From assembly GCA_963764165.1 (NCBI GenBank), contig CAVXRD010000002.1, forward strand, positions 128,001-192,000: a DNA stretch of 64,000 nt, read 5' to 3'. Below the pieces are notes generated by a model. The model did no database searches, was not told the DNA's origin, and was given only the letters and a program-made list of their open reading frames with translations. The translations under genes and the position numbers were made by a program. This DNA is from an uncultured Verrucomicrobiae bacterium (lineage in GTDB: Bacteria > Verrucomicrobiota > Verrucomicrobiia > Limisphaerales > Palsa-1400). Positions 10,282 through 20,385 of the stretch are shown one piece after another. Position 1 is the first letter of the stretch; the number at the start of each line of letters is the position of its first letter.

Positions 10282-10509
10282 TTAATGCTGTAATTACACG
10301 TGTATGTGGTATTGGCAAGGACAAGACAAACGAATCGTCGATTGTTCAGGCGGAACCGGTGGCAAAAAGTCGGCGGCGGCGCTGGGGGAGGAGTATTGCG
10401 GTAAACTGAATTGCAATGAATTGATGCGCCTCCTGCATTTATTCTCGACAGTGCGTGCATTTGACAGCCATTGTGCTTAAAGAGTTAGAACAGCTCAAGC
10501 CACAGGCAA

Positions 10510-10610
10510 ATGAACAGCGCAAATCGGAGTCAGTTGAACGATTTTCCTCAAGGTTCCGCCGTCAATTTTGCCACAACCCAATGGACGTCTGTCTTGCGTC
10601 AAAAAGGGCA
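10510..10610 (+). pseudogene. 5' fragment of an ECF sigma factor gene
   Basis: ATG 10510 gives MNSANRSQLNDFPQGSAVNFATTQWTSVL. FxTTxWxxVL is the typical N-terminus of PVC-type ECF sigma factors; similarity ends after about 30 codons. Confidence 0.5.
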
Positions 10611-10619
10611 AGTGAAGAC

Positions 10620-10964
10620 AAGAAGGAATGGGTTCCGTCGCGGCGCGGATGGTTTCTCGGCGGCAAGAAATTCCGGAAGGAACTGCTGGCCCTGATGAGC
10701 GAACGACGCCGTGCCAGCCATTACGGGGAGGATGCAGCGGAGAGCGACCTCGAACGCGCGGAATGCGTGGTGGAATCGGATTTGGGAAGGCTCGGATGGA
10801 AGGAGGCGCAACTGGGCCGACGGCGGAAGGGAGATCCGAAAAAGGTGGCCATCGCCTTGCGCCTGAGGAAAGAATCGGCGATGCCGGTGAAATGGATAGG
10901 GGAGCGGTTAAAGATGGGATCGCCGGGATCATTGTCGAACCTGCTCCGCCAAAAACGCAAATGA
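10620..10964 (+). mobile_element. 3' remnant of an IS200-like/RAYT (Y1) transposase
   Basis: RRGWFLGGKKFRKELL...HYGE...KGDPKKVAIALRLRKESAMPVKWIGERLKMGS resembles the C-terminal HTH region of verrucomicrobial Y1 transposases; the HUH catalytic part is absent. Confidence 0.6.
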
Positions 10965-11164
10965 CAAAAATCCAAATATGTAATTATGTGGGACTGCCCG
11001 TTGTTTTTACAACTGCCCTCTGCCAAAATCACCCAGATCAAAGAGTTCACGCCAGCGGTCTGGGCCAAAGCGAGAGAGAACAAGCAATCGCTCGTTCAAG
11101 CAGCGTGAGCGCACGAAGGCATTAATGTTTTCCTCGATGCGAGCGAGCCGCAAATACGGCCGAG

Positions 11165-11932
11165 CTACTTTCGCTCGATCATCTTTCGAGGCGTAGGGTC
11201 TGTCGCCGGCTCGTCCATAACTTGCACATTTGGATGAACCAAAGGGATCGCTGCCTTTGAGCCGGCTACGGCCGTGGCAGAATATTCCAAATTGTAACTT
11301 TCGTTTGTATGATAGACTCCCTTCGCATCCTTGTAATCCCAAAAAAAGCTAATTAACCCATTGGTTGTTGTTCCCACAAAGTAGCCGAGATAATTGCTTT
11401 TGGCATCACAGACCTCCACCCGCCAATCTGAATGGGGAGCGGCCACCCGCGCAAATACCCACATTTGGCTACCGGCGACGTTCCACGGAAGAAAAGTAAT
11501 CCAATTCGAAAGAATAATAGAGTTTGTTGCGCTGTAATATAACGGTTCCCCGGAACCGTCATCGGCATCGTCTTCCAAATAAACATCATAAAGGCCATTC
11601 GGACAGTCCTGGGTGTGCCAATGTGCAGAGTAACGGGCAGCAGAGTCTTGGCAGATGCTGACGCTCATAGGCGACCCCGTGCTATGATTTACAATCAGGT
11701 AAATTCGCTTGTCGTTGAAGTTGGACACGTTCACTTTGAATGGCAAACTCACATCACCCTCAAGAATTTCTCCGTTGGTCAAATTAAGGAACTCCAGTGG
11801 CCGCCACCCTGGATGATTCGCTGACAGAGACGTCGCCGGGTGTTTGCAGCCGTTAAGGATTATCCAAAAAAACGATCCCACTACCAGGATGAAAGCTTGC
11901 TTCGCCATCTGACTGAGCCTCTGCGGGTTCAC
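11165..11932 (-). CDS. Hypothetical lipoprotein with Ig-like beta domains
   Basis: 255-aa ORF, hydrophobic N-terminus with lipobox-like LNGC, beta-rich body, AT-richer than flanks. Confidence 0.6.
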   Translation of the reverse strand: MNPQRLSQMAKQAFILVVGSFFWIILNGCKHPATSLSANHPGWRPLEFLNLTNGEILEGDVSLPFKVNVSNFNDKRIYLIVNHSTGSPMSVSICQDSAARYSAHWHTQDCPNGLYDVYLEDDADDGSGEPLYYSATNSIILSNWITFLPWNVAGSQMWVFARVAAPHSDWRVEVCDAKSNYLGYFVGTTTNGLISFFWDYKDAKGVYHTNESYNLEYSATAVAGSKAAIPLVHPNVQVMDEPATDPTPRKMIERK

Positions 11933-12387
11933 TCACTAAGGAACCCGCTTTTCGCGCACCTTGTCAATCCGGAAATGGCGGTATCCAACCGGCCAATGTT
12001 GGGCGGGATTCGGACGGGCGGCCGCCCTTGCGCGGCGGCGCAACCGGCCAGAAGCGCGGTTAATGCGTGGCCGCTCAGGCGGATGCATCGCAAGTGTCAC
12101 CCATTAGGGCGTTGTGTCAACAGATAAAACGCTTCCGTCCTCAATTTTCTTATTGAGCTTTTTCTTGGCTGGAAAAGTCTTCTTTACAGGCCGCAATCAA
12201 ACCCTTCATTTCGTTCGCGTGATTCGGTCCTCCGCCTCGGAGGAGGCGATCCAACCCCTTTGGCTGGCTGGCTTCCGCTCTCCCTGAATTCATGTTTTTA
12301 CACCGGGCTTGTGAGAAATTCGGAAGGAGTTGATGTCTTGGTTCACGTGCGCGTGCCTGAGCCCAAAATGAATTTATCTCCAGAACT

Positions 12388-12415
12388 TGTCCTGAATCGA
12401 ACCGCCCGTTCGTTC
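12388..12415 (+). promoter_or_regulatory. Possible ECF42-type promoter of the YciI gene
   Basis: TGTCCT-17 nt-CGTTC upstream of a DGPF protein, resembling the TGTCGA/CG(A/T)C promoters of ECF42 targets. Confidence 0.35.
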
Positions 12416-12471
12416 TTAGATGGAAGAACAAACCGTTAACGTCCAAATAAATCATTAAAAAAAGACATCCT

Positions 12472-12855
12472 GTGAACACTGAAAAAAAAGAATTCATGCT
12501 CCTGTTTCGCTGCGGCGAATGCGACAATTCATTGTCTCCCGAACAAATGCAAAAAGCCGCCGCCGATTTGGCGGCCTGGCACCGCCAATGCCAGGCCAAT
12601 GGCACCCTTTCCCGCGGCGGCCCGCTCGAACCCACCGGCAAAATCGTTTCCGGCAAAGGCGGCAAAATCGTTTCTGACGGCCCTTTTGCGGAATCGAAGG
12701 AGGTTATCGGCGGATATGTCATGCTGACCGTTCATTCAATGGAAGAAGCAGTTGCAATCGCTCAGCAGTGTCCGGGCTTGATCTTCGGAGGGCACATCGA
12801 AGTTCGTCCGGTGATGGACAAATGTCCAATGACGTCCTGCGATCCGGCGGCTTGA
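12472..12855 (+). CDS. YciI/YCII-related (DGPF) protein
   Basis: FMLLFR, DGPFAESKEVIGGY and IEVRPV motifs. Confidence 0.9.
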   Translation: MNTEKKEFMLLFRCGECDNSLSPEQMQKAAADLAAWHRQCQANGTLSRGGPLEPTGKIVSGKGGKIVSDGPFAESKEVIGGYVMLTVHSMEEAVAIAQQCPGLIFGGHIEVRPVMDKCPMTSCDPAA

Positions 12856-12937
12856 CCTCGGCTGCGACAGAGATCAAATCATCATATATAATGTCGCAGA
12901 TAAGCGGGCAATGAAATGAGAATCCCATTGACTCTAT

Positions 12938-12973
12938 AAAAAGGGCCGCCGGTCGTCGAGACCGGCCGGCCCC
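12938..12973 (-). terminator. Intrinsic terminator of the giant glycine-rich gene
   Basis: Minus strand GGGGCCGGCCGGTC-TCGAC-GACCGGCGGCCC followed by TTTTT. Confidence 0.75.
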
Positions 12974-13014
12974 CGGGTTGGTGTGGGCGAGACGCCATGT
13001 TTCGCTACACCTGA

Positions 13015-16000
13015 TCAGTTCCCCACCCCCACTGAAAAGTATTGGGCCGCTGCGCCATTTGTTGGCACGCTGACCTGGATTGGACCGTTTGTGCCAGTCA
13101 TCAAGCCGCCGTAAGTCACCCAGTTCACCAGATTGCTCGACGAATAGACCTGATAGCTCACTCCCGCGTCACCCTGCCAGCTCAGCAGAAAGTTGCCGCC
13201 GCTTATCGAACCGGCCGGCTGCACCGGCGGTGCAGCGATCGTAAAGGTTACAGGGTTGATGGGGGAGTAGGGCTGACCGGACATGTCCACCACGTTGGAA
13301 CTTATCAAGATTGTGTAAAGGCCGGGCGCCGATTGCGCAGGAAGGAAGACGACCCAGGTGGTCAAATTCATTTGCGTCGCATAGGCTATGTTGGAGTGAA
13401 CCACTGAATCGGGCGTCCTAAGCGCAAAGTTCACGCCGAGCATGGCATTCGGATTCGGCGCTGTATTGAAGTAGAGGGTGACGGAACTCACCGGCCCCGC
13501 CACGACGCCGTTCGGTGAATTGGATACAACGTGCAACGGGCCGAAGTTGGATATAATGATCGAACCGCTGCCTCCGTTCATATAACCGGCTCCGCCCATG
13601 GCCGAAGCTCCGCCTTGGAAGTCCAGCGTGCTGGCAAAAACCGCGATGCGCCCGCCTGCCCCGCCGCCTCCGGTGCCGTATTGGCCGTCGCCCCCGTCAG
13701 CCGCCAGGAAACCGCTGCCGAGCAGGGTTGAGGAACTGACCCAGATGCTGCCGCCGGAGGCGCCGCCGGAATTATCCTGCAAACCCGCCGTTCCTTCTAC
13801 GCTGATTTCCCCATCCAACGTCAGCAAACCGCCGACGTTCAGACGGAGCGCCCCACCGCCTTCGCCTCCGGGAATTGCCGCTCCATAACCGCCGTCGCCG
13901 CCGCCGCCGCTGCCTAAATCTGCCGGCTGGAAGGCCGAGCCGTAACTTGCGCCCCCGGGAGCGCTCGATGAAGCGCCTCCGATGCTGCCATAGCCCGCAC
14001 CACTGCCGCTCGCTCCGGCGCCCGGGCCAGTTCCCTGCGGAAAACCCTCGCCATCGAGAACAATGGCAGCGTCCGCGCCGATGTTTGCGTTGTTCGCCAC
14101 TTCCAAGTCCAGCGGACCGTTCGGCACACTCGTTATATATCCACCTGATAATATGGTCAGGCTGCCCAATGCCGGAAACGCCATGTTCGTTTGCGGGCAA
14201 ACAGCGCCGCCGTTCTGAATCACCAAATTGGCCGGCACGGAGGAGTTGGAGGTGAGCAAAGCGGTGGGAAATCCCAAGGCCGTGGACAACGGTGTCAACG
14301 CGCCGGCCAGCCCGCCGTTATCGATGACAACCTCCTGAATCATGGGCGAAGTCGATGTCAAATAAATTGTACCGGCGCCGCCATCCTGTCCTCCCGTTCC
14401 ACCGCGGGCCGTGATCGCGCCAGTGAAACTCGTGGAAGTGCATTTGATCGAAGTGCGCCCGCCGCCGCCGCCGCCACCCATTCCTTGCGCACCGTTGCCG
14501 CCGTTGGCGGCAATCACGCCATTTCCAGAAATGGAGCCTAAAGTCAAATAGACGGTCCCGCCCGATCCGCCGCCGCCGCCCGACCCGCCGCCATTCTTGC
14601 CATTGGCGGAAATCGAACCGGCGACCAGCAGGTTTCCATTCACTGTCAACTCAAGGAAACCGCCGCCAGCCCCGCCTGTGGAAGTGGTTTCAGATGAACC
14701 GCCGCCGCTGCCCGACAAAGCTGGGAAGTTCGCTGAATAATAAGGCGCGCCGCCGGCGGCCAGATTCGAGATGGAATTGCCGCCGAATCCTCCGTAGCCG
14801 CCACCGCCGCAGGAGGCGCCGGCCACTGTCGATGAGTGTCCGGCGCCAGAGCCGGATCCACCCGGAGATCCACAACCGTCCAAAGTTATGCGCCCGCCAG
14901 CCGCGACGATGGCATTGCCGGAAATTGTGCCAACAAGTCCGTTCGTCACCGTGGTCAGGGTGGAATTCGAGCAGATGGTTAGACTGGCGTAACTCTCCGC
15001 ACCCAGGAGAGACCCGGTCGCGCCATTCGTGATCAAAACCGACGGGCCTGAAACATGCAACGGCGTCACGCCCCCGGTTTGTCCGTCGTTGTCGAGCACC
15101 AATAGCGGAGTCTTTCCGACGGCGCCGTAATAGACTGTGCCTGCCCCTCCAACATTTGCCCCCGCTCCACCATAAGCTGAGATGAGGCCAGTAAATTGGT
15201 TTGAAATGGAATTGATCGCAATGCAACCACCGCCGCCGCCGCCGCCGGTTCCGGCGCCCGGTCCGCCATTCACTTGAATGCGCCCACCGCCGGTGATCGT
15301 GCCGCCCTCCACGACGATGGTCCCGCCCGCACCGCCACCGCCGCCCACGCCACTCCCCGCGCCGCCGTTGGCGGTAAGAGTCCCATCCAATTGCAAAACA
15401 CCGCTGACGTTGACCGTAAAGGCTGCGCCGCCCACCCCGCCATAGGAATAGGATTGGGCCGACCCGCCGCCGCTTCCAGCCGACGTGGGAAGGGTCACAG
15501 TTTCGGAGGAGGCAAAGCCGCCCGCGGCATCAAGAAGCGCGCTCGCACCGCCGTTGCCACCGTGGCCGCCGCCGCCGCATGAATAATCGCTGGCAGATTT
15601 CCCGGCCGATGGCCCGGTGCCGGCGGCGTATCCCAGCGCATCCCCCGTGATGCCGCCGCCTTGTTGAATGGTCGCGTTGGCAAAGGTCAGAGTCAGATTG
15701 CTGGTGTTGCTGACAACGAGCCAGGAATTCGAGTTCACGGTCAAGTTCCCAAACGTCATCGGCGAGGGAACTGTGACTTTCGCCCCATTTGTCAAAGTGA
15801 GGTCCGTCGTGCTGGATCCAGAAACCGACGTCGGCGGGCCGGCAATGCCACCGCTATCCATCAGGAAAAGCGCGTTTTTCCCCGTCGTTTGAATCACTAC
15901 AGTGCCGGCTCCGCCAGGACTGGCGCCGTTTCCGCCATAGGCGGTTACCGCGCCGGAGAACATGTAGCTGGCGCAAGAAATGTAAAGCATCCCGCCCCCG

Positions 16001-19000
16001 CCGCCCCCACCGGTGCCAGGCGTTCCATTGCCGCCATTGGCCCGGATGATTCCAGTTCCCGCCAGGGTCCCGGCCGAAATCCAAATGGCCCCGCCAGACC
16101 CGCCGCCCGACGAATACCCGAATCCATTGGTGCCGTTGGCCGACACCACGCCATCGATTGTCAACGAGCCACCCACAGACAAGCGGACGACTCCGCCGCC
16201 GGTGCCCCCCACCCCCGGTTGCTCCGCGCCACCTCCGCTGCCTGCGTCGATGGGTGAGGTCGGATTGTCATATGCAGCGCCTCCGGCAAGGCTGCCGCTG
16301 TAAGCGCTCCCGCCTGGCCCGCCGTGCCCGCCTCCGCTGGAGTAGTTAGTGGTGTTATATTCTGCTGTTTTGCCAGCTCCTGCTCCTATTCCTCCGAGAT
16401 ACCCTGCCGCGTCAAGCAAAATTCCCCCGCCCGCCTGAATGGTGGCATTCCCGCCAAATGAAATCGAACAGGCTGAGGCGGAGTTGCCCTGCTCAAAAAA
16501 GGTGGGGCCGATCCAGCCGTTGGACGCGATATTCAAGTTTCCAGAGGTGACCGTGCTGTAGCTGCCGGCCGACGCCACGGCGCACCCGCGAATGAACAAA
16601 TCGGTTGACTGATAACTGGCCAGCGGCGTATTTGTCCCCAAATTGCCGCCGTTGTCCAAAATAAGCTGCGCATTTCCAGTTTGGGGCTGAATATAAACCG
16701 TGCCCGCTCCACCATAACTTGCCCCGCTCCCGCCGTAAGCAGTGATGGTCCCGGCAAACGAATTAGTCGTCGGGATCACAGCCACACAACCACCGCCGCC
16801 GCCGCCGCCGATCATGTTGGCTCCTGCGCCGCCGTTGGCCCGAATCGTTCCGACTCCTGCCAGGATGCCAGCCGTGACTTTGACGCCGCCGCCCGAGCCG
16901 CCGCCGCCGCCGCTACCCAGGCCGTTCGCGCCATTGGCGGAGATAACGCCATCCAACTCCAGCAATCCCGAAACTGTAACCAAGACCAACCCGCCGCCCG
17001 CCCCGCCAATGGAGTCGCCTGCCGCGCTGCCTCCTCCACTGCCTCGCTGGCTTGGTGAATTCGCGCTATCGTAGCCAGTTCCGCCAAGAACGCCGCCCAA
17101 ACCGTTCCCTCCTCCGCCGCCGTGCCCTCCTCCGCCGCACGCATAATACGGCTCCGTCTCGCTGCTTCGTCCCTCACCGTTTCCCTGATTGCCGGGGTAT
17201 CCCATGTAATCACCGGTGATCCCGCCGCCCTGCTGAATATTCGCCGTTGCCATCGTCACAGTTGCGACTTGGCTGTTGCTGACAATGAGCCACGAGTTCG
17301 AGGCGATCACCACATTGCCCAGCGTCAGGGAAGTGTTCACAACAGCAGCGGCCCCGTTTCTCAACGTCAAATCAACCAAGCCTAAGTTGGCCAGGCTGGT
17401 GGCGGGGGTGGCGATTCCACCGTTGTCAAGAATCAGTTTCGGATTCTGTCCGGGCACTTGCAGGGCATAAGTGCCCGCGCCGCCGGGATTCGCGCCCGTT
17501 CCGCCGAAAGCTGTCACGAGGCCGCTGAACGCATTTGTCGCGCACGAAATGTAGATCATTCCACCACCACCCCCACCGCCCAAATTCGGCGCGCCGCTGC
17601 CGCCGTTGGCAGTGATCGAACCCGCGCCCGCCAGGGATCCAGCCGTCAGCCAGATGCTCCCGCCCGAGCCGCCGCCGCCCGTCAGGCCGCCCCCATTCCC
17701 GCCATTGGCCGAAATAATGCCATCCAGTTCGAGAGTGCCGTTCACGGTGAACTTAATAATGCCGCCGCCCGCGCCGCCGACTGATTGCGCGGTAACATAT
17801 GCTCCGCCGCTACCAGCCTGGCTGGGCGCAAGCGGGGTATCATACACCGGTCCACCAATGGCATAATTTTGGTACGAGTTGCCACCCGGCCCGCCGTGGC
17901 CGGCACCGCTGCCAAAATTGGTCGCTCCCAATGCATAATTGCGCCCTTCTCCCGGTCCTTGGCCCCGCGCATATCCCGCGAGGTCCGCCACAATTCCGCC
18001 GCCAGCGGATATCGTGGCGCTCCCCGTCACGGTAAAATTAATGGCCGCGCTCGGTGACGTGCTATTCACATTGGCCGCGCCCAGCCAGCCGTTGGGTTGA
18101 ATGTAGACATTCCCAAACGTCACGGAATTCGCCGTTGTTCCAATCGAGCCATTGCGGACAATCAAATTTCCGCCAGATACGGTTTGGATCGGAGTGTTTG
18201 TCCCAAGATTGCCAGCGTTATCCAGCAACAATTGCGGAGCCGCGCCGGACACGGCGGTGTAAATCGTTCCCGCGCCGCCGTAACCGTTGCCCGTGCCGCC
18301 GGCCGCCGCGACAGTCCCCGAAAATGAATTTTGCGTGAGGCTCAAAGAAATCCGGCCGCCTCCACCACCGCCACCCGTCGGATCGCCCGCCGCGCCGCCA
18401 TTGGCCAGGATTTGCCCGGTTCCAACGAGTGTGGCGCCTGTCACTGAAATCGTTCCCCCGGATCCTCCGCCGGTGCCCGCGCCGGTGCCCGGCAAACCGT
18501 TGGCGGAAAGATTGCCATCCACTTGCAGTATTCCGCCGTAGGCTGTCAACACAATGCATCCCCCGCCTTTTCCGCCGAAGGACCCAGATTGGTTCCCGCC
18601 TCCACCACTGCCGAAGTTATTCGGAGACGTCTGGCTGCCGTAGGCCGCGCCGCCGCCGTTTTCCACGGGATACGCAGCCCCGCCGTTGCCGCCATACCCG
18701 CCGCCAGAACAAATCAAGCCGTTCGCCTGCGAGTAAACCACGCCCGCCCCTGGCCCCTGTCCAGCGAGACTACCCTGCCCGTCCGCCGTCATGCTGCCGC
18801 CCCGCGCAATTTCTACTAACCCGTAGAATGTCAGATTTAACACCTGCGAGATAATAGTCGTGCTGGCAGTCACAGTGACCAGGCCGTTGGAATTGATCAG
18901 CAAGTTTTTCAACTGCCAGTTTCCAATCGGGACAAGCGCCGCGCTGCCTTGCACAATTACGCTCACACCAGTGTCGTCGATGCCAGCGGTCGATTTCGCT

Positions 19001-20385
19001 CCTGCTTTTCCGCCGTTGTCAAACACCACCGTGCCGGTCTGGCCAGTGATGTTCGTATAAACCGACCCCGCGCCGCCGGCGGAATTGCCCGCGCCGCCGT
19101 AAGCTGTCATGGCTCCCGAAAAGCTGGATGAGCCAAATTGAACGGCAATGCGACCCCCGCCGCCACCGCCGCCGTAGGGAAGATTGCCGTTGCCGCCGTT
19201 GGCCGTGACCGACCCGCTGCCGCCGAAAGTCCCCGCGCTCAAAACGATGCCGCCGCCGGAGCCGCCGCCGGCCCGGCTGTTGGTGGCATTGCCGCCGTTG
19301 GCCACCACGGAACCATTCACGATGAATGCGCCTGCAGCCGAAATCTCAATGAATCCCCCGCCGCTGCCTCCAAACGGCGGATACGAATCACCCAATCCGC
19401 CCCCGCTGCCAAGAGCAGTCGGACTAAAATAGGAACCGTAGGTGCGGCCGCCGAGACCGTTCGAGGCGCCAATCCCGCCGACGCCGCCAAATCCTCCGCC
19501 CGCCTGGTATCCACCCGCGCCTGCTCCAATGTTTGGGCCGTAACCAAGGCCCGTCGCATTGATCGTTCCGCCGCTGTCAACGATTACGGAATTGCTGACC
19601 GCCAAGTTCAATCCGGTCTGCGTCGTCTCCGCCGTTTGGTAATTCACCAACACACTCGCGCCGTTGGGAATGCTTGAATTGGTCGTCAGCTCCAACTCGG
19701 TAAACTGATTTGAAGCGCTTAGCGTGTAATCGAGCCCGTTTGTATAAGTTTCAGTGCCAGCGAGGTCCGTGACTGTCACGGAGCCGGAAACCACATTGGG
19801 ATAGTCCAGAGCCACCGCATTCGTGCTGGATAGTTCGTGTTCCTCGTCAGTGAAGACAAAATTCGTATAAAGGACGCCCTGGGCTGCAAACGAATGCGTC
19901 AACACCCCACCCAACTCGACATGGACGCTTGCAAACGTGTGCGGGCCATCAATCGTCACTCTGCAATTGGTGATGATAATATCCAGCCCGTCGTAGTTGG
20001 TATTGCCAAAGCCGATGGCTGCATTGTTGGTGAAGGTGACTGTATTGGCGGACGCTGACACTGCGCAAATCATCATGAACATTGGCAGGGCGAGGCTCCC
20101 GCCGAGCCATCTCTGCAGCGCGGGCTTCCAAGCCTGCGCGCGGAATAACGGCAAGCCGATTTGGAAATCGGCGATACCGCAGGTTTGAAAACCTGCGCTA
20201 TAAACGAACCGTTGACAGCTCGGCAGGAGCCTCGCCCTCCCACGCTCATCTCGCCGATAACCCCCAACCCAATTCACCAGACATTGGCGCAAAAAAACAA
20301 AAACGGAATTGAGCTTAAAGTTGAATTTGAATTTGCCCCCGGCCCCAGCCGACCGGCGATGACTGATCTCGACGAATTTTATCAT
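13015..20385 (-). CDS. Giant secreted glycine-rich repeat protein (8 modules) with Ig-like domain and C-terminal putative sorting domain
   Basis: 2456-aa ORF with GGAGG Shine-Dalgarno 7 nt before ATG 20385; VSASA cleavage-like site; repeated GSGGG/ANGG/GGGGGG-I/GGAGT/DNGG modules; downstream terminator. Confidence 0.85.
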   Translation of the reverse strand: MIKFVEISHRRSAGAGGKFKFNFKLNSVFVFLRQCLVNWVGGYRRDERGRARLLPSCQRFVYSAGFQTCGIADFQIGLPLFRAQAWKPALQRWLGGSLALPMFMMICAVSASANTVTFTNNAAIGFGNTNYDGLDIIITNCRVTIDGPHTFASVHVELGGVLTHSFAAQGVLYTNFVFTDEEHELSSTNAVALDYPNVVSGSVTVTDLAGTETYTNGLDYTLSASNQFTELELTTNSSIPNGASVLVNYQTAETTQTGLNLAVSNSVIVDSGGTINATGLGYGPNIGAGAGGYQAGGGFGGVGGIGASNGLGGRTYGSYFSPTALGSGGGLGDSYPPFGGSGGGFIEISAAGAFIVNGSVVANGGNATNSRAGGGSGGGIVLSAGTFGGSGSVTANGGNGNLPYGGGGGGGRIAVQFGSSSFSGAMTAYGGAGNSAGGAGSVYTNITGQTGTVVFDNGGKAGAKSTAGIDDTGVSVIVQGSAALVPIGNWQLKNLLINSNGLVTVTASTTIISQVLNLTFYGLVEIARGGSMTADGQGSLAGQGPGAGVVYSQANGLICSGGGYGGNGGAAYPVENGGGAAYGSQTSPNNFGSGGGGNQSGSFGGKGGGCIVLTAYGGILQVDGNLSANGLPGTGAGTGGGSGGTISVTGATLVGTGQILANGGAAGDPTGGGGGGGRISLSLTQNSFSGTVAAAGGTGNGYGGAGTIYTAVSGAAPQLLLDNAGNLGTNTPIQTVSGGNLIVRNGSIGTTANSVTFGNVYIQPNGWLGAANVNSTSPSAAINFTVTGSATISAGGGIVADLAGYARGQGPGEGRNYALGATNFGSGAGHGGPGGNSYQNYAIGGPVYDTPLAPSQAGSGGAYVTAQSVGGAGGGIIKFTVNGTLELDGIISANGGNGGGLTGGGGSGGSIWLTAGSLAGAGSITANGGSGAPNLGGGGGGGMIYISCATNAFSGLVTAFGGTGANPGGAGTYALQVPGQNPKLILDNGGIATPATSLANLGLVDLTLRNGAAAVVNTSLTLGNVVIASNSWLIVSNSQVATVTMATANIQQGGGITGDYMGYPGNQGNGEGRSSETEPYYACGGGGHGGGGGNGLGGVLGGTGYDSANSPSQRGSGGGSAAGDSIGGAGGGLVLVTVSGLLELDGVISANGANGLGSGGGGGSGGGVKVTAGILAGVGTIRANGGAGANMIGGGGGGGCVAVIPTTNSFAGTITAYGGSGASYGGAGTVYIQPQTGNAQLILDNGGNLGTNTPLASYQSTDLFIRGCAVASAGSYSTVTSGNLNIASNGWIGPTFFEQGNSASACSISFGGNATIQAGGGILLDAAGYLGGIGAGAGKTAEYNTTNYSSGGGHGGPGGSAYSGSLAGGAAYDNPTSPIDAGSGGGAEQPGVGGTGGGVVRLSVGGSLTIDGVVSANGTNGFGYSSGGGSGGAIWISAGTLAGTGIIRANGGNGTPGTGGGGGGGMLYISCASYMFSGAVTAYGGNGASPGGAGTVVIQTTGKNALFLMDSGGIAGPPTSVSGSSTTDLTLTNGAKVTVPSPMTFGNLTVNSNSWLVVSNTSNLTLTFANATIQQGGGITGDALGYAAGTGPSAGKSASDYSCGGGGHGGNGGASALLDAAGGFASSETVTLPTSAGSGGGSAQSYSYGGVGGAAFTVNVSGVLQLDGTLTANGGAGSGVGGGGGAGGTIVVEGGTITGGGRIQVNGGPGAGTGGGGGGGCIAINSISNQFTGLISAYGGAGANVGGAGTVYYGAVGKTPLLVLDNDGQTGGVTPLHVSGPSVLITNGATGSLLGAESYASLTICSNSTLTTVTNGLVGTISGNAIVAAGGRITLDGCGSPGGSGSGAGHSSTVAGASCGGGGYGGFGGNSISNLAAGGAPYYSANFPALSGSGGGSSETTSTGGAGGGFLELTVNGNLLVAGSISANGKNGGGSGGGGGSGGTVYLTLGSISGNGVIAANGGNGAQGMGGGGGGGRTSIKCTSTSFTGAITARGGTGGQDGGAGTIYLTSTSPMIQEVVIDNGGLAGALTPLSTALGFPTALLTSNSSVPANLVIQNGGAVCPQTNMAFPALGSLTILSGGYITSVPNGPLDLEVANNANIGADAAIVLDGEGFPQGTGPGAGASGSGAGYGSIGGASSSAPGGASYGSAFQPADLGSGGGGDGGYGAAIPGGEGGGALRLNVGGLLTLDGEISVEGTAGLQDNSGGASGGSIWVSSSTLLGSGFLAADGGDGQYGTGGGGAGGRIAVFASTLDFQGGASAMGGAGYMNGGSGSIIISNFGPLHVVSNSPNGVVAGPVSSVTLYFNTAPNPNAMLGVNFALRTPDSVVHSNIAYATQMNLTTWVVFLPAQSAPGLYTILISSNVVDMSGQPYSPINPVTFTIAAPPVQPAGSISGGNFLLSWQGDAGVSYQVYSSSNLVNWVTYGGLMTGTNGPIQVSVPTNGAAAQYFSVGVGN
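20084..20241. repeat. Composite REP element (family B with nested palindromes) inside the CDS
   Basis: GGCAGGGCGAGGCTCCCGCCGAGC...GCTCGGCAGGAGCCTCGCCCTCC enclosing GATTTGGAAATC and GCAGGTTTGAAAACCTGCGCTA; same architecture at 44823-45004. Confidence 0.85.

Noticed and set aside
10455..10964. Intact 169-aa gene or active transposase
   Set aside because: It lacks the HUH/Tyr catalytic domain and appears to be a chimera of two remnants.
13015..20385. PE-PGRS, collagen-like or RTX protein
   Set aside because: No PE domain, no sustained Gly-X-Y triplets and no GGxGxDxL nonapeptides.
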